A stretch of DNA of 64,000 bases from Candidatus Poribacteria bacterium. Lineage in GTDB: Bacteria; Poribacteria; WGA-4E; PCPOR2b. How positions within the stretch are numbered: position 1 is the stretch's first letter; the number at the start of each line of letters is the position of its first letter. The notes under the pieces are model-generated. The model searched no databases, was not told the DNA's origin, and saw only the letters and a list, made by a program, of their open reading frames with translations. Positions 61,551-64,000 of the stretch are shown in pieces. The stretch lies in contig OZ220744.1 in NCBI GenBank assembly GCA_965116925.1, positions 3,424,001 to 3,488,000 on the forward strand, read 5' to 3'. A program made the position numbers and the translations under genes.

Positions 61551-62002
61551 GGGGAGAGGTCAAGCCGATTTTGGCAGATGTGCACGAATTGGTAAGCTGT
61601 GTCGAGATATGAATCTCGACCTACAATCGACTTAGTGATAGGTCAAGGTTTTGGAGTGGTGATATGATGCGCGCTAAGGTGGGTAATGTGGTTCTGCTGT
61701 AGCTGGTCTATACGACCATCAAGACGCTTTATGTCCTCTCTTATCAGAGATATATCCTCCTTAGTGGCAAGTCCAAGAAGGAAAGTTGCCAGACAGATAA
61801 ATAACGTGATAACTACACAAACGGCTGTCACTATCTGTGCTATGGTCGATAACGATTGCGAGTTTGCTATGATAGATCCTCCTCCCAAGAGCAGCGTATC
61901 ACCATTATAGCAAGCTAGCAGGGGAGAAGTCAAACCGGTTTTAGCAGATGTGCACGAATTGGTAAGCTGTGTCGAGATATGAATCTCGACCTACAATCGA
62001 CT
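61551..62002. repeat. ~82-bp direct repeats (61551-61632 and 61921-62002) flanking an antisense small gene
   Basis: GGGGAGA.GTCAA.CCG.TTT.GCAGATGTGCACGAATTGGTAAGCTGTGTCGAGATATGAATCTCGACCTACAATCGACT twice, period 370. Confidence 0.85.
61643..61933 (-). CDS. Small TM plus coiled-coil hypothetical protein (start uncertain)
   Basis: Hydrophobic helix followed by ATKEDISLIREDIKRLDGRIDQL. Confidence 0.5.
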   Translation of the reverse strand: MTSPLLACYNGDTLLLGGGSIIANSQSLSTIAQIVTAVCVVITLFICLATFLLGLATKEDISLIREDIKRLDGRIDQLQQNHITHLSAHHITTPKP

Positions 62003-62319
62003 AAAGCAGCCGCGAATCTGGGTGAATTACCGTTTCGCCCCCGGTAGGTGCGGTTTCTAACCGCACCGCATCGGCGCAGTTGCAAACAGTGCCTACCAAA
62101 CGTGGGGAGCGAAAGTGTCTATTTATTTTGGTTCATGTAAAAAGAAAGTGCAAAATATGAACGAAATCGTAGGGGCGGGGTTTCCCCGCCCTCAGTAAGG
62201 GTTGGGTGACCCAACCCCTACGAAAACTCGGTTGCTGTTGCACGCTTTCTTAACATGAGCCTTTATTTTTATTATTCACCATAGTAAAGATTCGCGTCGA
62301 TTCGTGGAGGAACAAGCCA

Positions 62320-62586
62320 ATGAAATTTGATAGAAATCCAAGGAACCAATCCGCACGCATCGATCTCGTGAAGCAGGACCGGACACGGACGGTTGATAAA
62401 TTACCGGATCGACCCAGAGATGGGCAAACGGTAATTCTCCGACAAAAGGATAACAGCAAGCAGATATGCGCCTATTCGAGAGACGGGGAGTGGGTCTGTG
62501 TCTCGGCAGTAGACGAAGCACCTATCCCAGTACCTGCACCCAGTGAAACGATAACTTTTTCCTCAACATTAGGAGATCCACCGTAA
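62320..62586 (+). CDS. Hypothetical protein
   Basis: GGAGG RBS; abuts the collagen-repeat gene. Confidence 0.6.
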   Translation: MKFDRNPRNQSARIDLVKQDRTRTVDKLPDRPRDGQTVILRQKDNSKQICAYSRDGEWVCVSAVDEAPIPVPAPSETITFSSTLGDPP

Positions 62587-63609
62587 ATGGCGCGAACCTA
62601 TGTAAATTCCACAGATTATTCGGACCCCGACGCCGAATTTACATTCGAGACGGTGGACAATAACATCTACCTGAAAATCGGAGACCTGAACGACGATGAC
62701 GCAGCACTCATCGTATCCATAATTGCTGGAGGAATCGTCGGGTTTTTCCAAAACAGTGAGAGAATTGCGATTGCTAGGATAACCGCCGATTACGATGCAA
62801 CAAACGGGATCCGCGTGGAATCTACACCAGAGGACTTAACACTTAACGAGGAATATGTCATCAAGTTCACGCAAGCGCGCCCCGGCAGATTCGGCGAGCA
62901 AGGGAGACAGGGTGAACCAGGTCCGCAGGGACCGCAGGGTGAACGTGGAGAGCAGGGACCCCAAGGTGACCGTGGAGAACAGGGACCACAAGGACCACAG
63001 GGGCCCCAAGGCGAACCGGGAAATCCAGGCAACATTACTATTAATACACGCGGCGTACTCATTGCCACGTCGAGTTTTCTACCTCAACTTTCGGGAAATT
63101 CTGATAGGCTTCTCAATAATGTTATTAAGTGGACGCTTAATACCGATTCTGGCTACGCAGTTTATGGAAACCCAGTAGACCATTCACCTGCTGCACAGGG
63201 AGGGTTTATTAATAAGTTTACTCGCGGATATGTTGGCAGATCAGATAACTTAGGGGTTCTGAATGTGCCTTACAAAAAACCTGCGAATAATGTGAATGGG
63301 TTATGGCTCATTTGTGAGGATTTAACAGATCCTGCGGTTGAAGTATGGGAAGTTTTTATTCCGTGGGGAGGGGGTAGCCTTGAAGACGACCAAAACCCCA
63401 ATTTTTTTGATTCAAGGTATATATTGCATTGGGGGAGAGAAGGCAATTCTGCGACTACAGATGGAGATGATGTAACTGTCTATTTTAGCAAGCGTCGAGG
63501 TTATAACTACAAGGCAGAGATAAATATCAAAACTTATCGCATCGAAAGAATGCCAAGTAACCAATGTAGAGTGAAAGTTTACTTGGCTGGCATATTTATC
63601 ACAACTTAA
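62587..63609 (+). CDS. Collagen-like (Gly-X-Y) repeat protein, tail-fibre-like
   Basis: About 17 GXY triplets ([10 protein letters not shown]...) between two globular regions. Confidence 0.75.
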   Translation: MARTYVNSTDYSDPDAEFTFETVDNNIYLKIGDLNDDDAALIVSIIAGGIVGFFQNSERIAIARITADYDATNGIRVESTPEDLTLNEEYVIKFTQARPGRFGEQGRQGEPGPQGPQGERGEQGPQGDRGEQGPQGPQGPQGEPGNPGNITINTRGVLIATSSFLPQLSGNSDRLLNNVIKWTLNTDSGYAVYGNPVDHSPAAQGGFINKFTRGYVGRSDNLGVLNVPYKKPANNVNGLWLICEDLTDPAVEVWEVFIPWGGGSLEDDQNPNFFDSRYILHWGREGNSATTDGDDVTVYFSKRRGYNYKAEINIKTYRIERMPSNQCRVKVYLAGIFITT

Positions 63610-63713
63610 AAACGTCGTCAAGGTAGTAGGCATACTCCGTATGCCGTAATCCTTATGAACGGCACGAGGGATCGTGCCTATTACTATAAGAGTTGATGAA
63701 AGGGGACAAAATC

Positions 63714-64000
63714 GTGGCAAAACGGCTTTACCGCAGGGATGTTCGCAGAATTGTCAAACGGCATGTGCGCGATGTGTCGAGGGCAGAAGTCGTAGAAGCG
63801 TATAGAAACTCACGGCTGAAGAATCTGCATGGCGAATTCCTTGATAGACGTTATCGGGCATTGCCGATGCGTGTCTGGGAATTAGTTTTAGAGTATTCGC
63901 AGGTAGACAAGAAACAGTATCGGAGTGACCATTGGGATTGTGATAATTTTGCACTTGCACTTTGCGGTCAAATACCTATGTGGTTTGATGTGAATGGGGT
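63714..64000 (+). CDS. Partial ORF absent from the supplied track; papain-like domain (MOA Agglutinin_C-like)
   Basis: Open frame from GTG 63714 (or ATG 63696) to the window end; ...KKQYRSDHWDCDNFALAL... Confidence 0.6.
   Translation, partial: MAKRLYRRDVRRIVKRHVRDVSRAEVVEAYRNSRLKNLHGEFLDRRYRALPMRVWELVLEYSQVDKKQYRSDHWDCDNFALALCGQIPMWFDVNG

Overview
Bacterial chromosomal window in four parts. The PhyH dioxygenase expansion, TPR/FRG genes and very dense small intergenic repeats are reminiscent of sponge-associated Ca. Poribacteria, but that taxonomy is inference only. (1) 1.5-21 kb is a defence-type island: AlbA_2/HATPase plus ParA-like pair, PLD-SNF2 helicase plus type IIG-like methyltransferase with a duplicated C-terminal relic, two FRG+TPR units, and Doc-type and RelE-type TA modules that share one antitoxin N-terminus. 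(2) 21-38 kb holds metabolic genes (PhyH paralogs, enolase-superfamily enzymes, PepA, RfaE-II, EamA, RraA) separated by nested MITE/REP-like repeats, plus an oriC-like locus at about 25.0-25.2 kb (three perfect DnaA boxes, AT-rich tract, four phased 20-bp repeats). (3) 38.4-58.0 kb is the most striking part: a polymorphic cassette array of 8 plus-strand signal-less HExxH metallopeptidase paralogs (2 with a degenerate active site), 11 minus-strand Ig-like (SbsA/Big_5-like) lipoprotein paralogs and 2 tail-fibre-like genes. It is punctuated by a conserved ~50-bp box and a three-times-repeated promoter plus structured leader, and shows mosaic recombination. (4) 58.2-64 kb is a phage-like lysis/tail operon behind the same promoter-leader: holin-like proteins, T4-type lysozyme, another HExxH protein, a collagen-repeat fibre and a truncated papain-like protein. 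No rRNA, tRNA, CRISPR array, integrase or reverse transcriptase was recognised. All family assignments come from motif recognition by eye; no searches were run.
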